A stretch of 64,000 bases of DNA from positions 44,330,001-44,394,000 of the forward strand of contig OZ231126.1 in the NCBI GenBank assembly GCA_965153355.1. Reading direction: 5' to 3'. Below the pieces are notes generated by a model. The model had not been told where the DNA came from, did no database searches, and worked only from the letters and a program-made list of their open reading frames with translations. Of this stretch, positions 1 to 14,700 are shown in pieces. Within the stretch, counting starts at the first letter, position 1. Every line of letters begins with the position of its first letter. The DNA is from Flaccisagitta enflata (taxonomy: Eukaryota). The translations under genes were made by a program, and so were the position numbers.

Positions 1-78
1 TTGCAAGATACTGGAGGAAAGCCCCGCGGCGGCGGCAGCTGCGTGTTGATTATCGGGATTTTTGCCGGCGACTGACGG

Positions 79-175
<97 letters not shown>

Positions 176-2066
176 GATTGATGTCGATGGATAAGCGTTG
201 GTTGGCTAGTCGATCTCTGATAAGCTGCCATGCCGGGGAAACCTTGAATGATATCTTCTTGGGTTAAATCGATAATTTCTCCCGTCTGGGAGGTCGCAAT
301 TGAAGAAGAGGAGGAGGAGGCGGAGGCGGATGTCGGGATGGCAGCTTCACGCGGAAAATGCCTGAAAACCGTCGTTGGCGATTTATTGGCCATTTCTCGC
401 GTGTACACCATCATTTTATTAGCCTCAGCGCCATCGTCTTGCGTCCTGTGCTGTTGCTGATTTCTCGGTGCATCCTGTTGTTGTTGGGAACTATGCTGCA
501 TTTGGAGTTGCCTCAGCGATTGCTGCAACTGCTGATGTTGATTGGCGAGCAAATTGCTTTGAATCTTCTGCGTGATATGCATATCTCTTTGAGCCAGCTT
601 CTTCTCGGCGTTCGCGGCAGCCTCGCTCAAAGCTTGCATATGGGCGTGAAGAGTCAAAGGAGGAGGAGGAGGAGGAGCGACGGATGCAGGAGGAAGAGGA
701 GGAGTTGCGGACGCAGTCGCTATTGATGCGGGTGGAACAACAGGGGACGCAGCAGACGATCTTGGAATGGCGCCGCTGGCCTCTTGCTGCTGTTGCTGCT
801 GCTGCTGTTGCTGTTGAGCGGCCCTCTTCTGAGCAGCAGCGGCAGCTGCTTGTTCCAAGATTCGCTGCGCATGCGCGTGTTTTTCCGCCATAAGCTGCGT
901 CTCCAACTCCAAATTGGGTCTTCCGCCTTTGATTCCGCGCAAATCCTGATTCATGGCTTTGGCCAAAGCGATAGAAAAGCCGGCTCTCTCTTGAGCCAAT
1001 TCCGAGACTTTCAACTCCTCCGCCGACAATTCGCTGTTGTTCTGGCTGAGATTGTTGTTGTTTGTGTTGTAATTGTTGTTGAAGCTATTACTGCTGGGAT
1101 ATTTGGTTTGCTGCTGCAGCAACGACCGTTGAAGCGACGAAGATTCCACGTTGCTTTTACCTCCGCTTTGCTGCATTTGCATCTGTAGCAACTCGTTTTT
1201 CTTTTGCTGCAGCATTTGCATCTGCACTTCGGCGCTTTTCCGCTGTTGTTGCTTCATGTGCTGCAAAGGCGGCATTTCACCTTTTCTCGACTGAGGAACA
1301 TCCAATGTTCTCTTTTGCTGCAGCAAGGATTCCGCCGAAGCGCTGCGATGATGCTCCTGCAGCATACTGGAAGGAGATTTTGAGGACGAAGCTCTCAACG
1401 CGTGGAAAGCGGAGGAAGAGGAGGAGGAGGAAGTAGGAAGAGGAGCGATTTGGTTTGGTTTGATCAAAGGTGGATTCAATCCTTGCTGTATAGCGTATTC
1501 TCTCAACGACTTTTGTGCGTCGCCGATAAAGTCGCGCATCATCATTTCCTCCTCCTGATTCTTCGATGCTGCTGCAGCAGCTGCGGCGGCGGATGCTGCA
1601 ACTGCTGACACTGATGACGGGACTGGCGAGGATCCTGTAGAGACCGACGCTCGTTTCGACGCCAAGAAAGCCTGCAATCTCTCGACGCGCTCCTGAGAAA
1701 GCGATGCCGCCCCCAGAGTCTCGCGCTGTTGCTGCAGCAGAAGTTGCTTTTCCATCGCCGCGGCGCGAGCCTCCTCGCGATCGACGCTCGTGCTTCGTTG
1801 ATGATATTGTTGCTGCTGCCGTTGATTTCCGATGGAAGCGGATGACATCGACGATGTTGTTGATGATGACGCTGGAGTGGCGGCGACGACGAAGTTGAGG
1901 TCGATACTTCCGCTTTTAGTCGAGGACGCGTCATCGTCGGATTCTGATCCCCGACGAACGTGAGAGGAAGAGGAAGAGGAGGAGGAAGATTGTTGAATTG
2001 CGCGTGCAGCCAAATTCCCAGCAATACGATCCAATAGGCCGACCGACTTCTTCTTTGGTTTAGCAT
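1..2066 (-). CDS. Large internal coding exon (runs off window start) of a Gln/Ser/Ala-rich, probably disordered nuclear protein
   Basis: Hand translation of the minus strand gives 688 consecutive sense codons, from (D)AKPKKKSVGLLDRIAGNLAARAIQQ to ...AAAAAGLSSSILQ. The acceptor is CATACAG at 2067-2073, downstream of a (CT)n pyrimidine tract, in phase 1. The exon contains polyQ, polyS, polyA, polyP and EIIDLTQED. No folded domain recognised. Confidence 0.9.
79..174 (-). repeat. Coding (CAA)32 polyglutamine tract
   Basis: 96 bp of uninterrupted TTG on the plus strand, in frame as CAA within the large exon. Confidence 0.95.
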
Positions 2067-2081
2067 CTGTATGGAGCACAT

Positions 2082-2250
<169 letters not shown>

Positions 2251-2387
2251 AAAAAAAAAAAGAAAGAAAAAAAGAAGCAGCAACAAAAAAAGAGAAAAAG
2301 AGAAAGAAGAAGCAGCAGCAAAAGAAGTGATAATCAGAATGTCAGCTTCGGATGAGCTAAGAAACATGATGAAATAGAATAAAGAAA

Positions 2388-2979
2388 ATAGTCGCAAAAG
2401 CGTTACATGGTCAGCGGTACCCGATGCCCCTAAGTTAGTGTATGTGGGAATGAGATTGTGAGAGGGGCAGCGGCCCCGGAGGGGCCGATGACCTATGATT
2501 CCACATAGGACAATTTTCTCCGGTTTGAGAGGCTGGTTTGGAGGGCTGAGAGGCCTGATTTTGGCTCTGAAAGGTCTGATTTAGGGTGTAAGAGGCGAGG
2601 TTTGGGGTCTGAGAGGCTAGATTTGGGATCTGAAAGGCCTTATTTGGGTCTGAGGGGTCTAATTTGGGGTCTGAAAAGCCTGACATGGGGTCTGGGGCCT
2701 GATTTGGATCTGAGAGGCCTAATTTGGGGTCTGAGAAGCTTGATCTGGGGTCTGGGAGGTCTGATTTGGGTTCTGGGAGGCCTGATTTGAGGTCTGAGAA
2801 GCCTGATTTGGGGTCAGAAAGGTCTGATTTGGAGTTGAAAAGGCCTGATTTGGGGTCTGAGAGGCTTTATTTGAGGCTTGGGGGAGGGGGGGACGGACGG
2901 ACGGACGGACGGAAACCGGAGAAAATTGCCCTATGTGGAATCATAGGTCATCGGCCCCTCCGGGGCCGCTGCCCAAAAA
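2388..2979 (-). mobile_element. Non-autonomous HINE-like element, group 2 (long asymmetric inverted repeats, internal 21-bp tandem array)
   Basis: Inverted repeat of about 62 bp at 2465-2526 and 2913-2974 with one mismatch, (GGAC)n microsatellite, an array of GAGGCCTGATTTGGGGTCTGA-like units and the CATGGTCAGCGGTACCCGATGCCC tail shared with 27798 and 51392. Lies in the intron between the two exons. Confidence 0.8.
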
Positions 2980-3022
2980 GCGAAGAAAAAGATTACGTGT
3001 GTGCAATTTTCAGCAGAAAAAA

Positions 3023-3188
3023 ACAAGGCCGGATACACGGCCAATACCAGTCGCGGACGGGTGGGCAGGGGCGGAAATGCGCGTTTTCACACTTCCCAAC
3101 TCGATCACCACGGACCGACCGACCGACCAACCGACCGACCAACGGACGGACAAAGCCTCTTATAGAGTCGCTTGTCCGCGACTAAAAA
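3023..3188 (-). mobile_element. HINE/DINE-1-like non-autonomous Helentron, group 1
   Basis: Hairpin GGCCG-GATACA-CGGCC, subTIR AGTCGCGGAC/GTCCGCGACT, (GGAC/GACC)n, terminal palindrome, A/T-run flanks. Confidence 0.85.
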
Positions 3189-3215
3189 GGAAGCAAAACC
3201 GGAATTAGGAATTAC

Positions 3216-3401
3216 CTTGAGTCTTCGTGGCTGTCGCGGTTGTGGTTGTTGTTGAAACCATTCCCAACAGACTTGGATTCGGAAGTGAAGGAGCGGAAGA
3301 GGAGGAGAGGGAGGAGGGGATAGGATGCGGCGACCAAGAGGCTGACGACGTCATACCGGAAGCTGAAGGCACTTTCGTTGCGACGGCAGAATTCGCAGAA
3401 C
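3216..3401 (-). CDS. Upstream 186-bp coding exon of the same gene (Ser/Thr/Pro-rich)
   Basis: Acceptor TTTTCACTTTCAG|GT and donor CAAG|GTAATT. The frame is open (SANSAVATKVPSASGMTSSASWSPHP...TATKTQ), and the terminal G joins AT of the next exon to give GAT, preserving frame. Confidence 0.8.
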
Positions 3402-4123
3402 CTGAAAGTGAAAAGAAGACGGAAATTTTCACGATTGCGTAATTTGTGGGCAGATGTGCAAATGGAGATAGGGGAGGGTTGTCAGTACTTTCATTCTAGG
3501 AGAAATAAAACGTTGCGAGCGAAGACAAATACAATCTGCTCATATGGCATACGAGATAAAGGTTGGCTAGAAAAAGATGGGCGAAAATGAGAAAATCGTA
3601 AATAGCGATCTTTCTCCATTTAAAAAAAACGTCTGGGTAAACCGACCAATTAATAAATCTAAAAATTAGAAAAGCGATTCGAAAAAAGGAATGGATTAAG
3701 AGTATAACCGACAAAAAATACGGAAAGTAAAAATGAGTGGAAGAAACTTGTTTCTCAATCAAAAAGGAAATATCAAATGACATTTCTTCATTTGTATCAA
3801 AGAAAAAAAAGATGGGATAACAAAAGACAACACGAACAAAGGGAAAAAAACAAAAAGAAATGTAAGAAAATGAAAGAAAAGAAAATCGTTTCTTCGCTGC
3901 TTCGGCAAATGAATAATCGAAATTCAAGGCAGACAGAGGAAAGAGAAGTTTAAACCAAAATTCCAAATTTTCAAATTCGGTTTTTGTTTCTAAGGAAGGG
4001 AAAAAAATATGGTGATCTGAAGCCGTGTGGTTTTTTTTGCCGTACGTGTGAGGACATTTCGCGTGGTAGCGATGAGTAATGAGCAAAATGAGAGATGGGT
4101 GGAGGTTGGGGGGTTTCTAAGCA

Positions 4124-4210
<87 letters not shown>

Positions 4211-4314
4211 ACGAAAGAAAGACAGAAAGTGTGAAAGAATGTAAGCTTGACAGAAAGCACGTATCAAAGAAAGTATGAATGAAAGAAAATATGAAAGAAA
4301 AAGAAAGAAAGATC

Positions 4315-4362
<48 letters not shown>

Positions 4363-5568
4363 GAAAGTAGTAGGGAAGAAAAAATACAGAAAGGAAGAAA
4401 GAGGAGGAAGAAAATGCGAGTACAAAACAGAAAGTTGTATATCCCGATGACTAAAGAATGAAGAGCATGAATACCAGATTCAGCGAATATCAAACGCAAG
4501 GAACTTCGAACTTCCCCCCCAAAAATTCATGGATTTTCTGAGGAGTGAGCCTTAAGCTTTCTTCTCCTCCTTAAGGCATGCGCCTAACCTACAACACCAC
4601 GGGAAAAAGAAGATGTTAAAAAGAGAAAGAAGGGGGGGGGAAGGAATTTAGGAGGGCTGAAACCGAGAGACCCGAAATAAAGATGAAAAGGCAGAAAATG
4701 ACGCCTTATGAGCCCCACGGAAACGTGACGTCGGCACCCTATTCGATCATAGCACCCAATATCGTAACGCACAAAGTGGTATATTTTGGTTATATGAGCA
4801 ACGTATGGGGACCCATTCTTGATTTACGTTCATCAAAAGCTGTATGAGAGACCGGTTGAATCGAATCTCTCTCTCTCTCTCTTTCTCTCGTTTGGTCTCA
4901 GACTCAGCTCTTTTCTCAAGAAACTCGCGCGCGCGCGGTCTCTGTTTGAAATTCCACTTAGTAGGACTGGAAGCAAGAGAAAACGAAATGAAGCAGAAAA
5001 GTGTGGGAAGAAAAGGTTTAAGAGTGAAGAGGGTGAGGACTGAGGAGAAACATGGGTGATGACAGAAGTAGAGGAACAAGGAGAAGACGAAAATAATACA
5101 ACGATATCATCAACGACAACAACAACAATGAAGAACAATCTAATCAATATGGTAAATAATAAAAACAGCGACAACAAAAACAATAACAAAAACAAAACAA
5201 CAACAACAACCTTAACAACAACGACGACGACAACACCATTAGGCAGGACAAATTAAAGATGCAGCAAAATATGGAAAGGGCAGTTTTGAAATGACTACAG
5301 TTTAGCCAATAAGATCACAAGAGGGAGAACCGTAAGCCGTTTGAAAATTTGATCAAAGTGGTACCGTTTCTCTTGGACTCCATTTTTGTTTTGAAGTTTG
5401 CCGTCTAATTCGCTTCACTTTTTTCCGAATGAAAACTTTTACTTGTATTTCTTAAAAAGAGGAATGACGACGTAAGCTAAGGAAATACACACGCAATTTG
5501 GCAGATACCAGGCGAGAAGGAAAAAGAGACGTTTAATGAGAGCAAAACGAAACAACACACGAGGACAG

Positions 5569-5668
<100 letters not shown>

Positions 5669-5842
5669 TGGGAAATATCGATCCAGTTTTCAACATCGAG
5701 ACCGTCCAGGAATATCCTTCCCACTCTCCGTGTATCTTTATCTCTTCATTGTTACATTCTCTTTAATATCATCTCTCTATCTCTGTCTCTCTACGCTCTC
5801 CAATCTAGACAAACGAGATTAAACTGAAGTGGAGAATGAATG

Positions 5843-5934
<92 letters not shown>

Positions 5935-6146
5935 GCGCATTTACAAAATGGCGGAGGGTTGTTGAGAGGGAATATTTTTTTTCTCCAGTCGAGCTTCGCT
6001 CAGCTCTTGTCATGCAAACAGGAGTGGTTGACCAGGCTATTTCTATGTCCAGTTTGTCTGGTGACGTGTCTTTCCCCTCGTTCTGTTCCGACTTTTGCTT
6101 TATTCTGGCCGTAATGAATGAAGAATATCAGTACTCTACCAACACG

Positions 6147-6334
6147 ATGTTGTTGTTGTTATTGTTGTTGTAGTTGTAATTGTTATTGTTGTTGTAGTTG
6201 TAATTGTTATTGTTATTGTAGTTGTAATTGTTGTTGTAATTGTTGTTGTAATTGTTGTTGTAATTGTTGTTGTAATTGTTGTTGTAATTGTTGTTGTAAT
6301 TGTTGTTGTAATTGTTGTTGTAATTGTTGTTGTA

Positions 6335-6367
<33 letters not shown>

Positions 6368-6410
6368 GGTGGTGGTGGTGGTGGTGGTGGTGGTGGTGGT
6401 GGTGGTGGTG
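6147..6410. repeat. Compound microsatellite (TTGTTGTTGTAA)n grading into (TGG)n
   Basis: Direct inspection. Confidence 0.95.
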
Positions 6411-6543
6411 TTGAAAATTTCGTAGTTGTGGATGTTGTAGTTGCTGTTAAAATTCTTGTAGTAAGGAAGAAAGAATGCAAGAATGCAAGAAAGAAAGAAA
6501 AAAGGAAAAAAAAGAAAGAAAGAAAAAAGAAAAAGACAGGAAA

Positions 6544-6830
6544 ACAAGGCAAAGTTATGGCCAATAAGTGCGCCTCGCTTGATTAAGAATGAAGATTTGA
6601 ATGAACGTCTTTTATGAATGAATGAATGAATGAATGAATGAATGAATGAATGAATGAATGAATGAATGAATGAATGAATGAAAATGAATGTGGTAAGGCA
6701 TGGGAGGTGATAGGATTAGGAATGAAGATAACGTCAGAATCAGCCGTTTTGCACATATCAAACGTTTGCGTGACCGACCAACCGACGGACGGACATGGCC
6801 TCTTATAGGAAGGCGAGGACGCACTAAAAA
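6544..6830 (-). mobile_element. HINE-like element, group 1 variant with internal (GAAT)n
   Basis: ACAAGGC end, subTIR AGTGCGCCTCGC versus GCGAGGACGCACT, GGAC repeats, CCTCTTATAG motif and A-run. Confidence 0.7.
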
Positions 6831-7191
6831 AAAAGTAAAAGAAAGAATGGAACAGAAGAAAAATAAAAGAAGAAAAAAAAGAAAAGAAACGAAAATCGAG
6901 AACGATCAAAGAGGTAGAGAGAAAGAAAAAAAAAAACTTAAAAAGAAACAGACACATGCATGCAAAGTATACTGAAAGGTGGAATGAAGGGTGACAAAAG
7001 TTTTTTGAGTCCCACGCGACGAGGATTTGAATAATTCTACCCTCCATTGATTTTGACAACTTAATTTGCATTTCTTTGGAGATTCTGAGTAAAAGAGTAA
7101 AGACGGAGGGAAATAAAAAGGGAAGGGAAGGAAAGTGAGCAGGGAAGGAAGTGAGAAAGAAAGGAAGGGAAAATAGAGGCAACGGGGGCAA

Positions 7192-7533
<342 letters not shown>

Positions 7534-7539
7534 AAGAAA

Positions 7540-7800
7540 GAAAGAGGAATTGGAACTTGAGTTAGCAAAGGTGAGAGTGGCATCAATCATGAGCCAATTT
7601 AATGCTGAAGTAAGAAGAGGTCAAAAAGCGGAATCTTCCATAGAAAAAAACCCTTAATGAGGAGCTGATCGAGTGTGAGGAAGAATTGGTGTTGCAAGAG
7701 GAAGTAGGCCAACAAGCTCTTTTCCACAAAAGCTCTTTTCTACAAAATCGGGCAGAATTTGTATAGAAGAGTGTCAAGAAGTATACAAAACATTCCAGAG
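7540..7800 (+). pseudogene. Probable decayed coding exon (Glu/Leu-rich, coiled-coil-like)
   Basis: Ends at a consensus donor AG|GTAAGT (7800/7801). Removing one A from the run at 7644-7650 and one copy of a 16-bp tandem duplication (7714-7745) gives one open frame to the donor. Confidence 0.4.
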
Positions 7801-7889
7801 GTAAGTTTACTATGAAAGCGGGAGTGGAGTGTTAACTGTTAAGGCGGTGGAGGGGGGGGGGGAAGCTGAAGAAGAAGTGAACTAAAACA

Positions 7890-8078
7890 CAGTTACACCC
7901 ATCAATAACGGGATTAACAATTTCATCTGTTGCTGATGGATTTACGTTAAATTGCCATTATAAGAAGAAACTAAATTCCTAGTTATTGGACCAAATATGT
8001 TATTGGTGGATTTTCGTTATTGCCATTATAGGAAGGGACTTTCGTTACTCTTGGGACCGTCATAGCGGGGTTTACCTG
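7890..8078. mobile_element. Degenerate Tc1/mariner (pogo/Tigger-like) MITE
   Basis: Similar in reverse orientation to 47795-47971; decayed CAGTTA...ATAACGG termini. Confidence 0.6.
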
Positions 8079-8282
8079 AACAGGTAGTAGAGGCCAGAGG
8101 GGAAATGGGAAAAAATAAAGAGCCCTTGTCATTGGGGCGATGGATACATATAGGGCCTGTTACGGCCGTTGGATAGAGAGGCCGGATAAACGGGCCAAGA
8201 AGGTGCGCCATGCCTTTCCATTCGAGAGTGAAGAATGGACGGACGAACGAACGGACTCATGAGGTTACGTTGTCTTACCTAA

Positions 8283-8476
8283 ACAAGGCCGGATACACGG
8301 CTACCCCAGTCGCGTGCGGGTGGGCAGGGGCTGTAATTGAGGTCACCAGATCATTTGGGCAGGAGCAGTGAAGCCAAAAACCGCAAAACCCCCAAAAAAG
8401 TAAAGTGTGATGGACCGACGGACAGACGGACGGACCGACAAAGCGGGTTGTAGAGTCGCGTAGCACGCGACTAAAA
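8283..8476 (-). mobile_element. HINE-like element, group 1
   Basis: ACAAGGCCGGATACACGGC end, subTIR AGTCGCGTGC/GCACGCGACT, GGAC repeats. Confidence 0.85.
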
Positions 8477-8904
8477 ATGGGTGGAACATGGGGAAAGACG
8501 AGGGAAAGACGTCAGGGAGGTGAGTGAAAAAGAACGCAGATTGAAGAGGGGTTTTTATTCGGATCTATCAAGAGACCAGACTGGAGCCGGCGAAAAAAAA
8601 GTGAACAACAGAAGAAAGATAGAAAGCAAGGGTGAGAGAAGGAAAAAAGAAAACAAGATTGTGAGAAGAAGGAGGAAAGGAAAGAAACGAAGAGGATGTA
8701 ACGAGGAAAAGGTTAAACTAAAAAGTAAGCCGAGGGGGAAGAATTGGAATCTGTCGATCTCTTTAGGGAAAACGCAAAAAAGAGAACTTTTCAAGACGGT
8801 AGGGGGCTCAAGAGGAGGAGAGGAATGAAAGAGGAAGAAGGGAAAGGAGAAGAAGGGGATAACAAGAAGAAAATTAAAAAGAAGAAAATGAAAAAGAACG
8901 AAAA

Positions 8905-8920
8905 CGAAGGAGAAGAGGAA

Positions 8921-8955
<35 letters not shown>

Positions 8956-9410
8956 AGAAGAAGAAGAAGAAGAAGAAGAAGAAGAAGAAGAAGAAGAAGA
9001 AGAAGAAGAAGAAGAGGAAGGAGAAAAAAAGAAGGAGAAAAAGAAGAAGGAGAAGAAGAAAAAGAAAAAGAAAAAGAAAAAGAAAAAGAAAAAGAAAAAG
9101 AAAAAGAAAAAGAAAAAGAAGAAGAAGAAGAAGAAGAAAGAGAAGAAGAAAAAGAAAAAAAAAGAAGAAGAAAAAGAGAAATAAAAAGAAAAAGAAAAAG
9201 AAGAAAAAGAAAAAGAAAAAGAAAAAGAAAAAGAAGAAAAAAAAAAGATGAAAAAAAGAAAAAGAAAAAGAAAAAGAAGAAGAAAAAAAAAGACGTAAAA
9301 GAAGAAAAAGAAAAGGAGAAAAAAGAAGAAAAAGAAAAAAAAAGAAGAAAAAGAAGAAAAGAAAGAAGAAGAAAGAAAAAAAAAAAAAAGAAAGAAGAAG
9401 AAGAAGGAGA
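8905..9410. repeat. (GAA)n/(GAAAAA)n polypurine tract
   Basis: Direct inspection. Similar tracts at 18365-18565, 20913-21028, 36578-36642, 40849-40946, 43355-43460, 47151-47245, 50789-50871 and 52030-52145. Confidence 0.95.
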
Positions 9411-9779
9411 GAAATAACAATTGCCTCCTTAGGATCTCCTGACATAAAATAATTTTCTATCCGACTCAAATGATTTAAATTGACCTGATATGACTTAGAA
9501 TGATCTTATTTGACTCAAAGTGACCGAATTGACTCAAGAGAAAGGTTAGGTATCTTATCAAGAGAAATGTGATGATGTATTGCATTTGTAGTCTGAAAAG
9601 GTGGGGGAGATTGGGGATAGGAAATAACATACACGCTGCGAAACGAACTTAAACGCGATTGGATGAAGAAAAAGCAGGAAGCTCAAAAAGGCTAAAAAAG
9701 TATAAAGAAGGGGGTTCCACTGAGAGCAAAAGCACCTTCGAAATTAAATTTCGTAAACCCATGTGGGATTCAAGAATGT

Positions 9780-9883
<104 letters not shown>

Positions 9884-10495
9884 TAAAAAGCTCCTTGGTG
9901 GCCCGATTCTGGGTTTGTGACGACAAATTCAAATTTGTGAGAAAACGAGTTTAAAAAAAAGTCACTTGGCTTTTTTTTATTTTCCTTTTTGAAAAACGAA
10001 TTTGATCGAAAAAATCCCCCTTTAAGCTTTTCTTTTTTTTTTCAAAGATTAACCTTTTTTTCTCCATAGATTCCTTCTTTTTTTTCTCTCTCTCTCATCG
10101 TAGATTGAAGGAATTCCTTTTCTATTTCTAGTTGCGCCTGTTTTTTCTTTTATTTTTTTAAGACGCGACGAAAGTTTAATCCACCTCCGAAGATGAAAGC
10201 GTCAACCAACAAAAGAAGGAAGCAAAAGAAGAGTGGAGGAAAGGAAGAACGGGAAAGGGGGGGGGGGTAGAAAAGAGGAAGAGAGAAAAGAGAGAAAAGA
10301 AAGCGGAGGTTAGAGGAGGGGTTGGAGGAGGAGGAAAAAAGGGGTGGGTTGCCACTCAACTAAAAAGAAGGAGATAGGAGAATGGCGATGGAATCAAGAG
10401 GTAAGTGGAAGAAAGAAGGGATGGGCAACTGTTTTCATGTGCGTAGGTCCACTCAACGATAAAGGGAGAAAAAAAGCCCCCCCTCCCCCAACAAA

Positions 10496-10732
10496 ACAAG
10501 TGACGCGAGATCACCATATCGTTGCGGACGGGTGGGCAGGGGCAGCCAACCCCCATCCACACCCAACACCCCACCAATTCCCACTTCCAACACAGACACA
10601 TACACAAAAAGCTTCTAAAACGCTCGTTTTCCCACTTTTCGACTCATGCTCACGGACGGACGGACCGACAGATGGACGGACCGACGGACGGACAAAGTCT
10701 ATTATATAGAGTTGCGTGTCCGCAACTAAAAA
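10496..10732 (-). mobile_element. HINE-like element, group 1 (GTGA hairpin variant)
   Basis: ACAAGTGACGCGAGATCAC hairpin, subTIR GTTGCGGAC/GTCCGCAAC, GGAC repeats. Confidence 0.85.
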
Positions 10733-11165
10733 GAGGGCGGAAAAAAGTGAAAGTGGGTAAGTGTATAGAGGAAAAGGGTAGGAAAGGGTTTGATCACTTT
10801 TCCGCTCCGAGAGTCAACCCCAAAGCGGAATCTATCTCGAAGAATTTGTCAAATTCAAAAGGTGGGGCCTGGGGACGGAAAATGGGCGCGACTTAGCATT
10901 GGCAAAGGAGAAAATGAAGTGATGCAGGCAGATGCCAACTCAACTCAAGAAGGAAAGAATTGATGGCAAATGCTAATTTCAATAGATATACTTTGGCAGA
11001 TACAGATGCTAATGCAGATGCGATGCAGATACAGATGCTCATGCAGATGAAAGGCGGTTTACCGCGACGCAGAATGCGACGAATACCCGACCGAAGGATT
11101 GAAAAGTGAAATAGAAAAGAAATGTAGATTTCGAATTCGACATTTTTCACTCGGCGTCTGTCTCT

Positions 11166-11229
<64 letters not shown>

Positions 11230-12378
11230 AAAATGCATTTAGATGATACAATATTACGAAAATGGCGAACTGCAAAGCGAGTTAAGAAGGTAACGATGTC
11301 AACGGCATACAAGAACGGAAAGAGTGACAAAGAGCGCGTCTTTATAACAAATCGTGAATGTAGGTCTCATATGATTAAAGACTTAATAAAGTCTAGTCGT
11401 TTACAAAAAAAAAAAAAAAAAAAAAAAAAACAAAAAAAAAAAACAACAACAAAAAAAAAAAAAAAAAAAAAAAAAAAAACAAAACAAAAAAAAACAGAGG
11501 GTCAAACGAATGAGGGGTAGATGGAGGTGCTAAAGATCCAAGCTGCTCTGATTTTGACTGCCAAATGTAACATGATCTATCCCCATTCACAAAACCATCA
11601 CCCTTGCCGCTACCTCATGCATCCACTCGACCAACATGGAACATACACGTATGCTCGCCGTATCAAATTCCCCACTTTGACCACGAAACATAATTGTCCG
11701 CTTTATTCTCGTCGTTTCTCCTGTTTCAACCTTTTTTTTGTGAAAGCCAAGCACGTTTCGATTTTTTTTCTCCTTTCACGTGAGCAGGCAAAATAGTCCA
11801 AGTTTGGCCCTCTCAACTTCTTTCGCTCTCTCTTTGATCGTCGACCCGGCCGGGATCAATGAGTTTGACCTTTTTTTCACCAAAACGTGCGTAAATATTT
11901 TCTCACATTTTCTCCGCCATCGCTCGCCAGGGGCGCTCCAGGTCCGGAAGTCAAGTATCAACAAATGATCAACAAAAAAACCGTCCACCGCACGACCGAT
12001 CTCGTCGGGGAAAAAGGGTCAAAAATTTTCGAACCTTCTGAAGAAAACTTACCGCCATTTTTAATGCTCGAAAAAAAAATTGTGTTAGCTTTCATCTGTT
12101 TGCATATCTGTGTCATGTATTTCCTGCCCAACAATTGGCAAATTGCAGTTTTATTTCAGTTCCTCACTCTTTACCAACCCACCCGCTATTTTACACCCAT
12201 TTTATTTTCAAACGGTCGTTGTCGTTCACGGCTTCTTTTCAAGTTGTTTTTGAATTTTACCATGACTCTACATGTCTGTCTGTTTGTCTGCCTGTCGGTT
12301 TATCCTGTTTGTTTCTCTATATTTCTTTATTTTGTCTGTATCTGTTTGTGCATCAGTTTGTCTGTGTCCGTCAGTTTG

Positions 12379-12417
<39 letters not shown>

Positions 12418-12426
12418 GTCTCTGTG

Positions 12427-12491
<65 letters not shown>

Positions 12492-12618
12492 AGCCAAAGG
12501 CTATGCAATAATAGCTAATCATCACCAAATCGCTACGCAGCAAAAGTTATTTTTTCCGGATCCGGCGTCTTCAAGGTTTTCAGGAATTTCAACTGCACCG
12601 TGATTGATGAAATGGAAC

Positions 12619-12826
<208 letters not shown>

Positions 12827-13133
12827 CAGAGAGAGAGAGACAGAGAGAGAGAGAAACAGAGAGATAGAGAGAGAGATGAATCCGGAAGTTTTGTCGAGGA
12901 GATGGAGTGGAAAAGGACGTTGAGTCGGCGCCGGACAAGAGGAAGTAACCATTCCCAAAAAAAGCCAGGAAGCAAGGAGGGAATGAGGAAGAAATGGAGA
13001 AACAAACAAACAAACACAAAGTAAAATATAATCTTAAAAAAGACTCACAAACCCACATAATGATCATCATGAACATCATATACTCGCTTCCTTCTCCTTC
13101 TCCTCCTCGTCTGCGTCATTTCTTCCTTCAATC

Positions 13134-13567
<434 letters not shown>

Positions 13568-13781
13568 ATCATAATCATCCTTCTGTTGGCTGTAAGTCCC
13601 ACGTCCAGAAGCGGTGAAAAGAGGTCATAGTTGAAAAGGTTAAAATTCTCTTAACGCGTGTCCTGAATGAAATTTGTTCTCAACTCAAGCCCTCTTTTCA
13701 AGAAAAAGTGATAATGACTAGAAAAAGGAGGGAGGAAAGAGAGGCAGATTATGATGAAGATGGGATGATGGGGATGATAAA

Positions 13782-14088
13782 TAGGGTGGTCGGGAAATGG
13801 GTCAAATTTCATATATTGATATACTTAGGCCCTTTGCACAAATATCCAATAAAAGAGGGATTTCTCACAAGTTGGGGTGTGTAATCAAATAGAAAACCTT
13901 GTCGGCAAAACCATAGGCTTACTATGGGGACTTTTTTTTTGCCATAGGAAGCCTATAGTTTTGCCGACATGGTTTAATCTTCAAATTCAGACCTCTGCTT
14001 GTGGGACAACCTTCTTTTTTGGTACATTTATGCAAAAAACTAGAGTATATCATTTTTTGAAATTTGACCCTATTTCATGACCACCCTA
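13782..14088. mobile_element. hAT-like MITE
   Basis: TIRs TAGGGTGGTC.../...GACCACCCTA and a perfect 8-bp TSD ATGATAAA (13774-13781 and 14089-14096). A second copy lies at 58059-58338. Confidence 0.85.
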
Positions 14089-14467
14089 ATGATAAAGAGG
14101 AAGAGGAACGCATCTAATCCAAGGGGTTCTTAAGGACCGACAATTTTGTAGATCTTCAGAAAAGGCGATAAGTAATGTTTAATAAATGTTAAGTAGTAGT
14201 AAAAAGTGTCACAGGAGATTTCAAATATGAAATGACATATAAGAGGGTAGTGATGGACAACATCCTATTCACGAATGATATAAGGGGAGGAGGGAAGGAG
14301 TGGGAAAGCATGCCTAAAATATGCCATGATAATTAGCGAGAGTGTCGGCCTTGCTACTCAAGAGGACGGACTATGAAGATTCAAGCGACCGTTAAGGCAA
14401 GAGAAGAAGACCTTTCTACCTCGCCAACTGACCCGTCACACGGTTGCTCTGTCTGTCTGTCTGTCTG

Positions 14468-14523
<56 letters not shown>

Positions 14524-14604
14524 TTTACGTCATTAAATTTGTCTCTCGTTATATCTTTTGGCATATTTTTGATACTCGGAATCATTGACCTTAACGTGGC
14601 GGGT

Positions 14605-14700
<96 letters not shown>

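Noticed and set aside
248..1898. Plus-strand ORFs over the first 2 kb and the minus-strand ORF 1542-2321
   Set aside because: Antisense or off-frame shadows of the real minus-strand exon.
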